Shown here piece after piece: positions 46,077 to 56,381 of a stretch of 64,000 bases of DNA (position 1 is its first letter; the number at the start of each line of letters is the position of its first letter). The stretch is taken from NCBI RefSeq assembly GCF_988242995.1, contig NZ_OZ547043.1; one strand, written 5' to 3'. The translations under genes and the position numbers were made by a program. The notes under the pieces were generated by a model. The model worked only from the letters and a program-made list of their open reading frames with translations, ran no database searches and had not been told where the DNA came from.

Positions 46077-47429
46077 GTGTTTATTGGTTTTGATTACGGT
46101 ACAGCAAACTGTTCAGTGGCGGTCATGCGCGACGGTAAGCCGCAATTACTGAAAATGGAAAACGACAGCACGCTGCTGCCTTCAATGCTTTGCGCGCCAA
46201 CGCGTGAAGCGGTAAGCGAATGGCTGTACCGCCATCATGATGTTCCGGCAGACGACGATGAAACGCAGGCGCTGTTGCGTCGGGCGATTCGTTATAACCG
46301 CGAAGAAGATATCGATGTTACGGCGAAAAGCGTGCAGTTCGGTCTTTCCTCACTGGCACAGTACATTGATGATCCAGAAGAAGTGTGGTTTGTGAAATCA
46401 CCAAAATCGTTCCTCGGTGCCAGCGGCTTAAAACCGCAGCAGGTAGCGCTGTTTGAGGATCTGGTCTGCGCAATGATGTTGCACATTCGCCAGCAGGCGC
46501 AGGCACAGCTGCCAGAAGCGATTACTCAGGCGGTGATTGGTCGCCCTATCAACTTCCAGGGGCTTGGCGGCGATGAAGCAAACACCCAGGCGCAGGGGAT
46601 TCTGGAACGCGCGGCGAAGCGTGCCGGGTTTAAGGATGTGGTATTCCAGTACGAGCCGGTCGCGGCTGGGCTGGATTACGAAGCCACCTTGCAGGAAGAA
46701 AAACGGGTGCTGGTGGTGGATATCGGCGGTGGTACGACTGACTGTTCATTGCTGCTGATGGGGCCGCAGTGGCGTTCGCGTCTCGATCGTGAAGCCAGCC
46801 TGCTGGGTCACAGTGGTTGCCGTATTGGCGGTAACGATCTGGATATCGCGCTGGCGTTTAAAAACCTGATGCCGTTACTGGGCATGGGTGGCGAAACCGA
46901 AAAAGGCATCGCCCTGCCTATTCTGCCGTGGTGGAATGCGGTTGCCATCAACGACGTTCCTGCACAGAGTGATTTCTACAGTAGTGCCAACGGTCGTCTG
47001 CTTAACGACCTGGTACGCGATGCCCGCGAACCGGAAAAAGTGGCCCTGTTACAGAAAGTCTGGCGTCAGCGTTTAAGCTATCGCCTGGTACGTAGCGCAG
47101 AAGAGAGCAAAATTGCGCTTTCAAGCGTAGCGGAAACCCGCGCCTCACTGCCGTTTATCAGCGATGAACTGGCTACGCTGATTAGCCAGCAAGGGCTGGA
47201 AAGCGCCCTCAGCCAGCCACTGGCGCGGATTCTGGAACAGGTGCAACTGGCGCTGGATAACGCCCAGGAAAAACCGGATGTTATCTATCTGACCGGCGGT
47301 AGCGCCCGTTCACCGCTGATTAAAAAAGCGCTGACAGAACAGTTGCCGGGCATTCCGATTGCAGGTGGCGATGACTTTGGCTCCGTCACCGCCGGGCTCG
47401 CACGCTGGGCGGAAGTGGTGTTTCGTTAA
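46077..47429 (+). CDS. yegD: Hsp70/actin-fold ATPase YegD
   Basis: Conserved N-terminus FIGFDYGTANCSVAVMRDGKP begins at an in-frame GTG (46077), giving 450 aa; ORF track starts at 46014. Confidence 0.85.
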   Translation: MFIGFDYGTANCSVAVMRDGKPQLLKMENDSTLLPSMLCAPTREAVSEWLYRHHDVPADDDETQALLRRAIRYNREEDIDVTAKSVQFGLSSLAQYIDDPEEVWFVKSPKSFLGASGLKPQQVALFEDLVCAMMLHIRQQAQAQLPEAITQAVIGRPINFQGLGGDEANTQAQGILERAAKRAGFKDVVFQYEPVAAGLDYEATLQEEKRVLVVDIGGGTTDCSLLLMGPQWRSRLDREASLLGHSGCRIGGNDLDIALAFKNLMPLLGMGGETEKGIALPILPWWNAVAINDVPAQSDFYSSANGRLLNDLVRDAREPEKVALLQKVWRQRLSYRLVRSAEESKIALSSVAETRASLPFISDELATLISQQGLESALSQPLARILEQVQLALDNAQEKPDVIYLTGGSARSPLIKKALTEQLPGIPIAGGDDFGSVTAGLARWAEVVFR

Positions 47430-47441
47430 TTGAAAACTGGT

Positions 47442-49391
47442 TCAGCAACGGCTTAAATCAGCCTGCGCCTGAGCCAGTTTTTCTGCCGCCTGACGTAACG
47501 GTTCCATCAACGGCATGGTCCGTGCTGGAGCATGAAGGCGGAATCGCTGCAACTCTGTCGCACCGACAGTCAACGCCGATTCCAGCCGATGTCGTTTGGC
47601 GGCCATTTTTGCCATTACCGCTTGTCTGTCTGCAGGCGTTACCGCTTCGTTCGGCCTGAAAACAAAACGGCGTTCGCAACTCGCTTTCCAGTCGATAACC
47701 GCCTGGGTCAGATGATCACCAAAACCTTTCACTTGCTTAACGCTCCGTCGGGTAACGTCTGCCGCCGTTTCAATACCAAAGGACCGTAACGCAGCTTTAC
47801 GCGCAGGGCCAACGCCGGGAATAGAGGCAACATCAATAAAAAATCCCTCCAGAAACTTCTGCTTCTGCCGTTCCCTTGCGGTGTCCTGAAGTGCTGCCAG
47901 AGCGCGTTTCTCTTCTTCCGGTAACCCGAGCATTTCGTCCTTCATTTTTTCGAGCATCGTCCGTTTGGCGATAAAACCTTCCAGCCCGCCCAACCGTTGG
48001 ATCTGGCTGACTAAATGGTCATAGTCCATTTTCGCGCGATTAAACGCCTCACGGCGTTGCTGGATTTCTGCTTTGTACGCTTTGCTTGTCAGGCTGCCAA
48101 TAATCCAGATAGCCGCCAGCACAGGAACCAAAATAATATAACGCGGTTCTGCCTGAAGGCCGCAAAGCAACAGCGATAACGCTGACAGTGCGATCTCAAT
48201 CAGAATGATGTATTCGCGCCGTAACAGGCCTAAAGGAAGCGGCCTGCCAGTCAGTTGGAAATGATCGGGTAATGGCAGTTGCAATGCTGGCGGTGCTACT
48301 GACGCCATCACCATCGCCCAGACTTTCGCCAGCACAAAATCACCGCTGGTGGTAATGACCTCTTCGCCGAGATCAATAAAATAGATAACGCCTTGATTAT
48401 CCAGCGCACACCACGGGCAGTCAGTCAAATGACCGGGGTAAACATGCATTGCCGAAACGGTACATTTCTTTAACTGTTGGCGTAGTAAATCAAGTGCCGC
48501 AACCCACGCTTTTGCCGTCGGACGCCCGGTTGCCACGCCACTTTCCGTGAATGCCTGCTGAAACATGGTTTCAACATCGCCCGGTAACATCGACAGCGGA
48601 ATAGATCGTGGCGGCGGTTTTAAACCACGTCGCTGATTATCTGACGCGTAGGCATAACGGAAATGGGCAATATCCGTCTCCAGTGCATTACCCGCATCAG
48701 AGACAAGCGGTACACCGGAATAAGGATGCCGCCCACCAAACAAGACGTGAAAAATCAGCAACGCAAGGCCAAAATTATCGTGATTCGCGGTGCGTTCAAA
48801 GCCGACAAATGATGGCAAGGTTTGCAGCTCTGGCGGCGTAAAATGCGACACGCCGACTTCGCATAAATGCAGCGTGCCATTGGCGTTAATCTGAAAGGAG
48901 TCGCTATCAATCAACACCACTTTGCTGTCGCGACCTACCATAAAACTGTTCTGGTTTACGTCACCCACGACGTGCCCGTGCTCGTGAACCGTAGCAAAAG
49001 ATGAAGCAATATTGCGCGCAACATAGAGTAGAAAATCCCACGCACAATGAGGGTAACGTTGACGACGATGTGCCGGGCTATAGATCATATGAATCGGTTC
49101 TTTACCAGAAACTTTTGGCATCATAAAACCGATAACTTTTCCGCCTCGTCCACCGTGAAGCGTTGCCTGCGGCCAGGCGACATAATTCAACAATTGCGCG
49201 TCAGCTGTCGCAGCCATAAAGGCAAGTTTGTCCTGTTTTAAGGCGGGTGGCGGCGTGTGATAAATCTTGGCGACGCTATCGACAAACTCATTGATATCAT
49301 AAACCGCGCCTTCACCGCCTTTGCCCAGTTCACGGCCTGGCGTAACGCACTCACCAGTAGCAGTATATAAAGTGGGTTTCATGGTAACCAC
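47442..49391 (-). CDS. yegI: Eukaryotic-like Ser/Thr protein kinase with C-terminal membrane and coiled-coil regions
   Basis: 649 aa (or 646 from the Met at 49382); kinase-like N-terminal half (GKGGEGAVY glycine loop, HGHVVGDVNQNSF catalytic region), central hydrophobic segments; start overlaps the yegK stop. Confidence 0.85.
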   Translation of the reverse strand: MVTMKPTLYTATGECVTPGRELGKGGEGAVYDINEFVDSVAKIYHTPPPALKQDKLAFMAATADAQLLNYVAWPQATLHGGRGGKVIGFMMPKVSGKEPIHMIYSPAHRRQRYPHCAWDFLLYVARNIASSFATVHEHGHVVGDVNQNSFMVGRDSKVVLIDSDSFQINANGTLHLCEVGVSHFTPPELQTLPSFVGFERTANHDNFGLALLIFHVLFGGRHPYSGVPLVSDAGNALETDIAHFRYAYASDNQRRGLKPPPRSIPLSMLPGDVETMFQQAFTESGVATGRPTAKAWVAALDLLRQQLKKCTVSAMHVYPGHLTDCPWCALDNQGVIYFIDLGEEVITTSGDFVLAKVWAMVMASVAPPALQLPLPDHFQLTGRPLPLGLLRREYIILIEIALSALSLLLCGLQAEPRYIILVPVLAAIWIIGSLTSKAYKAEIQQRREAFNRAKMDYDHLVSQIQRLGGLEGFIAKRTMLEKMKDEMLGLPEEEKRALAALQDTARERQKQKFLEGFFIDVASIPGVGPARKAALRSFGIETAADVTRRSVKQVKGFGDHLTQAVIDWKASCERRFVFRPNEAVTPADRQAVMAKMAAKRHRLESALTVGATELQRFRLHAPARTMPLMEPLRQAAEKLAQAQADLSRC

Positions 49392-50140
49392 AGCGCCAGT
49401 GCCAACGTTTTATCATCATCCGTACGCTCGTTTACCGCCGGGCTGGACAAAAACTGCTTTAACAATTCAGGTAATAAATCGAGTTGTTCCTGCGTTGCTG
49501 ACGCCAGTCCATTGAAAAACGGGGTAAAGAAAGGTACATGAGGAGAATTATCCAGCATATTTAACGCCAGTCGCTGGATACCATCCGTAAATGCTGCAAC
49601 TTTGTGCGCACGCCCAGTGCTGGTGAAAGTTTCCAGTCTGGAAACGGCATCTTCGTCGGTAATGAAGTGCGTCATATTGGCATATTCACCCACCATCGGC
49701 GTGAGAGGCAATTGCAGACCGTGACCCAAATCTACCACCATGCCGCCATCGCCAATCTGCATAATCAAGGTGCCGTCAGGCGATGAAATCAGTCCCAGAA
49801 ATGTACAGGCAAAATCGCGAACCGCTAATTCTTTGGCTTCCGCCTCGGCAAAAAGTCGTTGACGAATGGTCAGCACAATATCCGTGGCGAGGACATCATT
49901 AAGCCCCAATTCCCCGCCCTGCACTTTTTGCGACATATAAGCCATCGCTTCATTGACGGCGAGCATCGCGCCTTCGCCACCCTGCGAGACACTGCCTGCG
50001 CCATCAGCGACAAATACCGACAATAATGGCTGCTGGTCATTTAACCAGGCAACCTGCATCTGGCAGGCATCCTGGCAAGGCAAGTCCGCGCTGATGTGCG
50101 ACGTTCCAACGGTTGATGCATAGACCAGACGCCAGCTCAC
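49379..50140 (-). CDS. pphC: PP2C-family Ser/Thr phosphatase
   Basis: 253 aa; [27 protein letters not shown] and [16 protein letters not shown] match the PP2C fold; also known as yegK. Confidence 0.85.
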   Translation of the reverse strand: MSWRLVYASTVGTSHISADLPCQDACQMQVAWLNDQQPLLSVFVADGAGSVSQGGEGAMLAVNEAMAYMSQKVQGGELGLNDVLATDIVLTIRQRLFAEAEAKELAVRDFACTFLGLISSPDGTLIMQIGDGGMVVDLGHGLQLPLTPMVGEYANMTHFITDEDAVSRLETFTSTGRAHKVAAFTDGIQRLALNMLDNSPHVPFFTPFFNGLASATQEQLDLLPELLKQFLSSPAVNERTDDDKTLALALWLP

Positions 50141-50796
50141 ACTGACGTCCAGCCTTTTGGCGCTTCCAGCACAACTTCCGTTCCCGGCGTGGAGCGGGAA
50201 ACCGAACGCAGCGAACTGGATAACCAGCTAAACAGTTCACGGAATTGTAATCCCTGCAGTGGCAAAGGCTGACGAACGCTGATTTGTGCCAGCGTCTTCA
50301 TATCCGCCCCCTGTACACCAATGGTAAAGAAGGCAAACTTCTTATCTTCTTCCCCCTGAAACACTTTGTTGGCGGCAGCCTGCCACTCATCGGTTGGAGC
50401 GCCATCGGTGATCAGGAAAATCCACGGGCGATAATAGGAAATACCATTTGCACGATACTCACGTTTCCGCTCCTCTACCATATCCAGGGCTTTGGTAATG
50501 GCAGCGCCCATTGGTGTATCGCCCTGGGCAAACAGGATGGGCGGGAAAAAATTAGCGGCGCTGGTAAAGGGTTGTTCCACATGCACCGGGCCGAACGTCA
50601 CAATGCCGAGTTCCACTCTTTTTAAGGCTAGCGAATCGGCAAGCAGTTCATCGCGAAAGGTAACCAATCCGGCGTTAAGTTCATTAATAGGTCTACCACT
50701 CATCGAACCAGAAACATCCAACAGCAAAATGCAGGGGCAACGTGGTTCCGGGTTACTGGCAAAATCGCTGGTGGCAAACGTGATTTGTTCGCTCAT
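50137..50796 (-). CDS. yegL: von Willebrand factor A domain protein
   Basis: 219 aa; [22 protein letters not shown] contains the vWA MIDAS motif DxSxS; overlaps the yegK start by 4 nt. Confidence 0.85.
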   Translation of the reverse strand: MSEQITFATSDFASNPEPRCPCILLLDVSGSMSGRPINELNAGLVTFRDELLADSLALKRVELGIVTFGPVHVEQPFTSAANFFPPILFAQGDTPMGAAITKALDMVEERKREYRANGISYYRPWIFLITDGAPTDEWQAAANKVFQGEEDKKFAFFTIGVQGADMKTLAQISVRQPLPLQGLQFRELFSWLSSSLRSVSRSTPGTEVVLEAPKGWTSV

Positions 50797-50977
50797 AAGA
50801 AATCCTTTCTTAGAGAATTATCGAGGTCCGGTATCATACCGATTGCAATAATGAAATAAGAGCAAACGAAGAAACTTTCAGAATTAGGCCCGGCGGCGCA
50901 GAAAATTTTGCTATTCGCCTCGCAAGAACGGAGAGCCGTCGATTGACACTAAGGGCGGAGTGACATAATTTCAGGAG

Positions 50978-51125
50978 TGAGGGTTAGGGAGAGGTTTCCC
51001 CCTCCCCCTGGTGTTCTTAGTAAGCCTGGAAGCTAATCACTAAGAGTATCACCAGTATGATGACGTGCTTCATCATAACCCTTTCCTTATTAAAAGCCCT
51101 CTTCTCCGGGAGAGGGTTTCCCGTT
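50978..51125 (+). ncRNA. sibA: Sib antitoxin sRNA, unit 1 (SibA-like)
   Basis: Sigma70-like promoter TTGACA (50943-50948), 17-nt spacer, TAATTT (50966-50971); terminator stem ccctct (51097-51102) / agaggg (51111-51116) followed by TTTCCCGTTT; fully antisense to ibsA. Ends are approximate. Confidence 0.6.
51017..51076 (-). CDS. ibsA: Type I toxin Ibs, 19-aa hydrophobic peptide
   Basis: Minus-strand ORF atgatgaagcacgtcatcatactggtgatactcttagtgattagcttccaggcttactaa = MMKHVIILVILLVISFQAY; SD-like aaggaaaggg upstream; not in the ORF track (below 60 aa). Confidence 0.75.
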   Translation of the reverse strand: MMKHVIILVILLVISFQAY

Positions 51126-51312
51126 TCAGCGTCCCGCTGAAATCGTCGGCTTACCTCCTTTCGCCCTGAATGCAGTCTATCGCTAACGCGTGAACAAAAT
51201 AGTTTCCTCTGTGATTATTGCGTAACGACTCGCAAAGAATATTTGCTGGCAGGATCGCAGACTGCAAAGCCTGCGGATTGACAATCTTATCGTGAAGGCA
51301 TAATTTCAGGAG

Positions 51313-51454
51313 TGAGGGTAGAGCGGGGTTTCCCCCGCCCTGGTAGTCTTAGTAAGCGGGGAAGCTTATGACTAAGAGCACCACGATGATGAGTAGCTTC
51401 ATCATGACCCTTTCCTTATTTAAGGCCCCTTCCTCGGGAGGGGCTTTCCCGTTT
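51313..51454 (+). ncRNA. sibB: Sib antitoxin sRNA, unit 2 (SibB-like)
   Basis: TTGACA (51278-51283), 17-nt spacer, TAATTT (51301-51306); terminator stem gcccct (51425-51430) / aggggc (51439-51444) plus T-tract; antisense to ibsB. Ends are approximate. Confidence 0.6.
51349..51405 (-). CDS. ibsB: Type I toxin Ibs, 18-aa hydrophobic peptide
   Basis: Minus-strand ORF atgatgaagctactcatcatcgtggtgctcttagtcataagcttccccgcttactaa = MMKLLIIVVLLVISFPAY. Confidence 0.75.
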   Translation of the reverse strand: MMKLLIIVVLLVISFPAY

Positions 51455-51640
51455 CAGCGTCCCGCTGAAATCGTCGACTTACCTCCTTTCGCCCTGTATG
51501 CAGTCTATCGCTGACTTGCGGATAAAATAGTTTCCAGTGTGATTATTGCGTAACGTCTCGCAAAGAATATTTGCTGGCAGGATCGCAGACTGCAAAGCCT
51601 GCAGATTGACAATCTTATCGTGAAGGCATACTTTCAGGAG

Positions 51641-51782
51641 TGAGGGTAGAGCGGGGTTTCCCCCGCCCTGGTAGTCTTAGTATGCTGGGTAGCTAATCAC
51701 TAAGAGCACCACGATGATGATCCACTTCATCATGACCCTTTCCTTATTTAAGGCCCCTTCCTCGGGAGGGGCTTTCCCGTTT
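51641..51782 (+). ncRNA. Sib-family antitoxin sRNA, unit 3
   Basis: TTGACA (51606-51611), 17-nt spacer, TACTTT (51629-51634); terminator stem gcccct (51753-51758) / aggggc (51767-51772) plus T-tract; antisense to the third ibs ORF. Ends are approximate. Confidence 0.55.
51677..51733 (-). CDS. Ibs-family type I toxin, divergent third copy (18 aa)
   Basis: Minus-strand ORF atgatgaagtggatcatcatcgtggtgctcttagtgattagctacccagcatactaa = MMKWIIIVVLLVISYPAY; same ATGATGAAG start and SD context as units 1 and 2. Confidence 0.65.
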   Translation of the reverse strand: MMKWIIIVVLLVISYPAY

Positions 51783-51940
51783 CAGCGTCCCGCTGAAATC
51801 GTCGGCTTACCTCCTTTCGCCATGCAAGCAGTCTATCGCTAACGCGTAGATAAAATAGTTTCATGTGTTATTACTGGATGCGTGCTCGCAAATGTGCCCG
51901 TCATTCAGACGATTCCCGACAGTGTTTCATAATTCCTCCA

Positions 51941-51958
51941 TTTTTCTCCCTTATTGGC
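51941..51958 (+). promoter_or_regulatory. BaeR box in the mdtA promoter
   Basis: TTTTTCTCCCTTATTGGC matches the BaeR consensus TTTTTCTCCATDATTGGC at 16 of 18 positions, about 55 bp upstream of the mdtA start; preceded by a second TTCTCCA half-site. Confidence 0.6.
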
Positions 51959-52011
51959 TGGCTACACTAGTATCATTCCGCGAAACGTTTCAGGAAGAGA
52001 AACTCTTAACG

Positions 52012-53259
52012 ATGAAAGGCAGTTATAAATCCCGTTGGGTAATCGTAATCGTGGTGGTTATCGCCGCCATCGCCGCATTCTGGTTCTGGCAAGGCCGCAA
52101 TGACTCCCGGAGTGCAGCCCCAGGGGCGACGAAACAAGCGCAGCAATCGCCAGCGGGTGGTCGCCGTGGTATGCGTTCCGGCCCATTAGCCCCGGTTCAG
52201 GCGGCGACCGCCGTAGAACAGGCTGTTCCGCGTTACCTCACCGGGCTTGGCACCATTACCGCCGCTAATACTGTTACGGTGCGCAGCCGCGTGGACGGTC
52301 AACTGATGGCGTTACATTTCCAGGAAGGCCAGCAGGTCAAAGCAGGCGATTTACTGGCAGAAATTGACCCCAGCCAGTTCAAAGTTGCATTAGCACAAGC
52401 CCAGGGCCAACTGGCAAAAGATAAAGCCACGCTTGCCAACGCCCGCCGTGACCTGGCGCGTTATCAGCAACTGGCAAAAACCAATCTCGTATCTCGTCAG
52501 GAACTGGATGCCCAACAAGCGCTGGTCAGTGAAACCGAAGGCACCATTAAGGCTGATGAAGCAAGCGTCGCCAGCGCGCAGCTGCAACTCGACTGGAGCC
52601 GCATCACCGCACCAGTCGATGGTCGCGTTGGTCTCAAGCAGGTTGATGTTGGTAACCAAATCTCCAGTGGTGATACCACCGGGATTGTGGTGATCACCCA
52701 GACGCATCCTATCGATTTGCTCTTTACCCTGCCGGAAAGCGATATCGCTACCGTAGTACAGGCGCAAAAAGCCGGAAAACCGCTGGTTGTTGAAGCCTGG
52801 GATCGCACCAACTCGAAGAAATTAAGTGAAGGCACGCTGTTAAGTCTCGATAACCAAATCGATGCCACTACCGGTACGATTAAAGTGAAAGCACGCTTTA
52901 ATAATCAGGATGATGCGCTGTTTCCCAATCAGTTTGTTAACGCGCGTATGTTAGTCGACACCGAACAAAACGCCGTGGTGATCCCCACCGCCGCTCTGCA
53001 AATGGGCAACGAAGGCCATTTTGTCTGGGTGCTGAATAGCGAAAACAAGGTCAGCAAACATCTGGTGACGCCGGGCATTCAGGACAGTCAGAAAGTGGTG
53101 ATCCGCGCAGGTATTTCTGCGGGCGACCGCGTAGTGACAGACGGCATTGATCGCCTGACCGAAGGGGCGAAAGTGGAAGTAGTGGAAGCCCAGAGCGCCA
53201 CCACTCCGGAAGAGAAAGCCACCAGCCGCGAATACGCGAAAAAAGGAGCACGCTCCTGA
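52012..53259 (+). CDS. mdtA: Multidrug efflux RND membrane fusion protein
   Basis: Conserved start [28 protein letters not shown] at the internal Met (ORF track begins at 51865), giving 415 aa. Confidence 0.92.
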   Translation: MKGSYKSRWVIVIVVVIAAIAAFWFWQGRNDSRSAAPGATKQAQQSPAGGRRGMRSGPLAPVQAATAVEQAVPRYLTGLGTITAANTVTVRSRVDGQLMALHFQEGQQVKAGDLLAEIDPSQFKVALAQAQGQLAKDKATLANARRDLARYQQLAKTNLVSRQELDAQQALVSETEGTIKADEASVASAQLQLDWSRITAPVDGRVGLKQVDVGNQISSGDTTGIVVITQTHPIDLLFTLPESDIATVVQAQKAGKPLVVEAWDRTNSKKLSEGTLLSLDNQIDATTGTIKVKARFNNQDDALFPNQFVNARMLVDTEQNAVVIPTAALQMGNEGHFVWVLNSENKVSKHLVTPGIQDSQKVVIRAGISAGDRVVTDGIDRLTEGAKVEVVEAQSATTPEEKATSREYAKKGARS

Positions 53260-56200
53260 TGCAGGTGTTACCCCCGAGCAGCACAGGCGGCCCGTCGCGC
53301 CTGTTTATTATGCGTCCTGTCGCCACCACGCTGCTGATGGTGGCGATCTTACTCGCCGGGATTATCGGTTATCGCGCCCTGCCCGTTTCGGCGCTGCCGG
53401 AAGTGGACTATCCGACCATTCAGGTAGTCACGCTCTACCCAGGTGCGAGCCCGGATGTCATGACCTCTGCCGTTACCGCGCCGCTTGAACGCCAGTTTGG
53501 GCAGATGTCTGGCCTGAAACAGATGTCGTCGCAAAGTTCCGGCGGTGCGTCAGTTATCACCTTACAGTTCCAGCTAACATTACCGCTCGATGTCGCCGAG
53601 CAGGAAGTGCAGGCCGCGATTAACGCTGCGACCAACTTGTTGCCGAGCGATCTGCCTAACCCGCCGGTTTACAGCAAAGTGAACCCGGCAGATCCACCAA
53701 TCATGACGCTCGCCGTCACCTCAACCGCCATGCCAATGACGCAAGTGGAAGATATGGTGGAAACCCGCGTCGCGCAGAAAATCTCGCAGATTTCCGGTGT
53801 CGGCCTGGTGACGCTTTCCGGCGGCCAGCGTCCGGCTGTTCGCGTCAAACTTAACGCTCAGGCGATTGCCGCCCTCGGCCTGACCAGCGAAACCGTACGC
53901 ACCGCTATTACCGGCGCTAACGTTAACTCGGCAAAAGGTAGCCTCGACGGCCCTTCCCGTGCGGTCACACTTTCCGCGAACGACCAGATGCAATCCGCCG
54001 AAGAGTATCGCCAGCTGATCATCGCCTACCAGAACGGCGCGCCGATTCGTCTGGGCGATGTCGCAACCGTAGAGCAAGGTGCAGAAAACAGCTGGCTCGG
54101 CGCATGGGCGAATAAAGAACAGGCCATTGTGATGAATGTTCAGCGCCAGCCCGGTGCTAACATTATCTCCACCGCCGACAGCATCCGGCAGATGCTGCCA
54201 CAGCTCACCGAGAGTCTGCCGAAATCGGTGAAGGTGACGGTACTTTCTGACCGTACCACCAATATCCGCGCATCCGTCGATGATACCCAGTTTGAACTGA
54301 TGATGGCTATCGCGCTGGTAGTCATGATTATCTACCTGTTTTTGCGCAATATTCCGGCGACCATCATTCCTGGCGTCGCAGTGCCGCTGTCGTTAATTGG
54401 CACCTTTGCGGTTATGGTGTTTCTCGATTTTTCAATCAATAACCTGACGCTGATGGCGTTAACTATCGCCACCGGATTCGTGGTCGATGACGCCATCGTG
54501 GTGATCGAGAACATTTCGCGCTATATCGAAAAAGGCGAAAAACCGCTGGCGGCGGCGCTCAAAGGCGCAGGTGAAATCGGCTTTACCATTATCTCGCTGA
54601 CCTTCTCACTGATTGCAGTGTTGATCCCACTGCTATTTATGGGCGATATCGTCGGGCGACTGTTCCGCGAATTTGCAATTACTCTGGCAGTCGCGATTTT
54701 GATCTCAGCCGTGGTGTCGCTGACCCTGACACCGATGATGTGTGCGCGGATGCTCAGCCAGGAGTCGCTGCGTAAACAGAACCGCTTCTCCCGTGCCTCG
54801 GAAAAAATGTTCGACAGGATAATCGCCGCCTATGGTCAGGGACTTGCGAAAGTGCTGAATCATCCGTGGCTGACCTTAAGCGTGGCGCTCAGCACGCTGC
54901 TGCTTAGCGTGCTGTTGTGGGTGTTCATTCCGAAAGGTTTCTTCCCGGTACAGGACAACGGCATTATTCAGGGCACTTTGCAGGCACCGCAATCCAGCTC
55001 CTTTACCAATATGGCCCAGCGGCAACGCCAGGTCGCGGATGTGATTTTGCAAGATCCGGCGGTGCAAAGTCTGACCTCATTTGTTGGCGTTGATGGCACT
55101 AACCCGTCGCTGAACAGTGCGCGTTTGCAGATCAACCTCAAACCGTTGGATGAACGTGATGATCGGGTGCAAAAAGTCATCGCCCGTCTGCAAACGGCGG
55201 TGGATAAAGTGCCGGGCGTCGATCTCTTCCTGCAACCAACGCAGGACCTGACCATCGATACTCAGGTCAGCCGCACCCAGTACCAGTTTACCTTGCAGGC
55301 CACGTCACTGGATGCGCTCAGTACCTGGGTGCCACAGTTGATGGAAAAACTCCAGCAACTGCCACAGCTTTCTGATGTCTCCAGCGACTGGCAGGACAAA
55401 GGGCTGGTGGCGTATGTCAATGTTGATCGCGACAGCGCCAGCCGTCTGGGGATCAGCATGGCGGACGTCGATAACGCCCTGTACAACGCGTTTGGTCAGC
55501 GACTGATTTCCACTATTTATACTCAGGCCAACCAGTATCGCGTGGTGCTGGAGCACAACACCGAAAATACTCCTGGGCTTGCGGCGCTGGATACTATTCG
55601 CCTGACCAGCAGCGACGGCGGCGTGGTGCCGCTAAGCTCAATTGCCAAAATTGAGCAGCGTTTTGCGCCGCTTTCCATCAACCATCTGGATCAGTTCCCG
55701 GTAACGACCATCTCCTTTAACGTGCCGGATAACTATTCGCTGGGCGATGCGGTGCAGGCGATTATGGACACCGAAAAGACGCTGAATCTGCCGGTGGATA
55801 TCACCACGCAGTTCCAGGGCAGCACCCTCGCCTTCCAGTCGGCGTTGGGCAGCACTGTCTGGCTGATTGTCGCGGCGGTGGTGGCGATGTATATCGTGCT
55901 CGGCATTCTGTACGAGAGCTTTATTCACCCGATCACCATTCTCTCGACGCTACCCACCGCAGGGGTCGGCGCACTGCTGGCGTTACTGATTGCCGGTAGC
56001 GAGCTGGATGTGATTGCGATTATCGGCATTATTTTGCTGATCGGTATCGTGAAGAAGAACGCCATCATGATGATCGACTTCGCGCTGGCTGCTGAGCGCG
56101 AGCAAGGCATGTCGCCGCGCGAGGCAATCTACCAGGCTTGTCTGTTACGTTTTCGTCCGATCCTGATGACCACTCTGGCGGCTCTGCTTGGCGCGCTGCC

Positions 56201-56381
56201 GCTGATGTTGAGTACCGGGGTCGGCGCGGAACTGCGTCGTCCGTTAGGTATCGGCATGGTCGGCGGTCTGATTGTCAGCCAGGTGCTGACGCTGTTCACC
56301 ACGCCGGTGATTTATCTGCTGTTCGACCGCCTGGCATTGTGGACCAAAAGTCGCTTTGCTCGCCATGAAGAGGAGGCGTAA
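53259..56381 (+). CDS. mdtB: Multidrug efflux RND permease subunit
   Basis: 1040 aa; [34 protein letters not shown]; AcrB-type 12-TM transporter; start overlaps the mdtA stop. Confidence 0.95.
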   Translation: MQVLPPSSTGGPSRLFIMRPVATTLLMVAILLAGIIGYRALPVSALPEVDYPTIQVVTLYPGASPDVMTSAVTAPLERQFGQMSGLKQMSSQSSGGASVITLQFQLTLPLDVAEQEVQAAINAATNLLPSDLPNPPVYSKVNPADPPIMTLAVTSTAMPMTQVEDMVETRVAQKISQISGVGLVTLSGGQRPAVRVKLNAQAIAALGLTSETVRTAITGANVNSAKGSLDGPSRAVTLSANDQMQSAEEYRQLIIAYQNGAPIRLGDVATVEQGAENSWLGAWANKEQAIVMNVQRQPGANIISTADSIRQMLPQLTESLPKSVKVTVLSDRTTNIRASVDDTQFELMMAIALVVMIIYLFLRNIPATIIPGVAVPLSLIGTFAVMVFLDFSINNLTLMALTIATGFVVDDAIVVIENISRYIEKGEKPLAAALKGAGEIGFTIISLTFSLIAVLIPLLFMGDIVGRLFREFAITLAVAILISAVVSLTLTPMMCARMLSQESLRKQNRFSRASEKMFDRIIAAYGQGLAKVLNHPWLTLSVALSTLLLSVLLWVFIPKGFFPVQDNGIIQGTLQAPQSSSFTNMAQRQRQVADVILQDPAVQSLTSFVGVDGTNPSLNSARLQINLKPLDERDDRVQKVIARLQTAVDKVPGVDLFLQPTQDLTIDTQVSRTQYQFTLQATSLDALSTWVPQLMEKLQQLPQLSDVSSDWQDKGLVAYVNVDRDSASRLGISMADVDNALYNAFGQRLISTIYTQANQYRVVLEHNTENTPGLAALDTIRLTSSDGGVVPLSSIAKIEQRFAPLSINHLDQFPVTTISFNVPDNYSLGDAVQAIMDTEKTLNLPVDITTQFQGSTLAFQSALGSTVWLIVAAVVAMYIVLGILYESFIHPITILSTLPTAGVGALLALLIAGSELDVIAIIGIILLIGIVKKNAIMMIDFALAAEREQGMSPREAIYQACLLRFRPILMTTLAALLGALPLMLSTGVGAELRRPLGIGMVGGLIVSQVLTLFTTPVIYLLFDRLALWTKSRFARHEEEA

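Larger units (their letters stand above)
50930..51875. repeat. Three tandem ~330-bp Sib/Ibs repeat units
   Basis: Shared blocks repeat with periods of 335 and 328 bp: TTGACA-N17-TAATTT/TACTTT, ttcaggagtgaggg, an antisense ATGATGAAG ORF, and a gcccct/aggggc hairpin plus T-tract. Confidence 0.85.

Noticed and set aside
50930-51875. Tandem repeats that might be a CRISPR array
   Set aside because: The period is ~330 bp rather than 28-37 bp repeats with unique spacers; each unit contains a promoter, a terminator and an antisense small ORF. It is a Sib/Ibs array.
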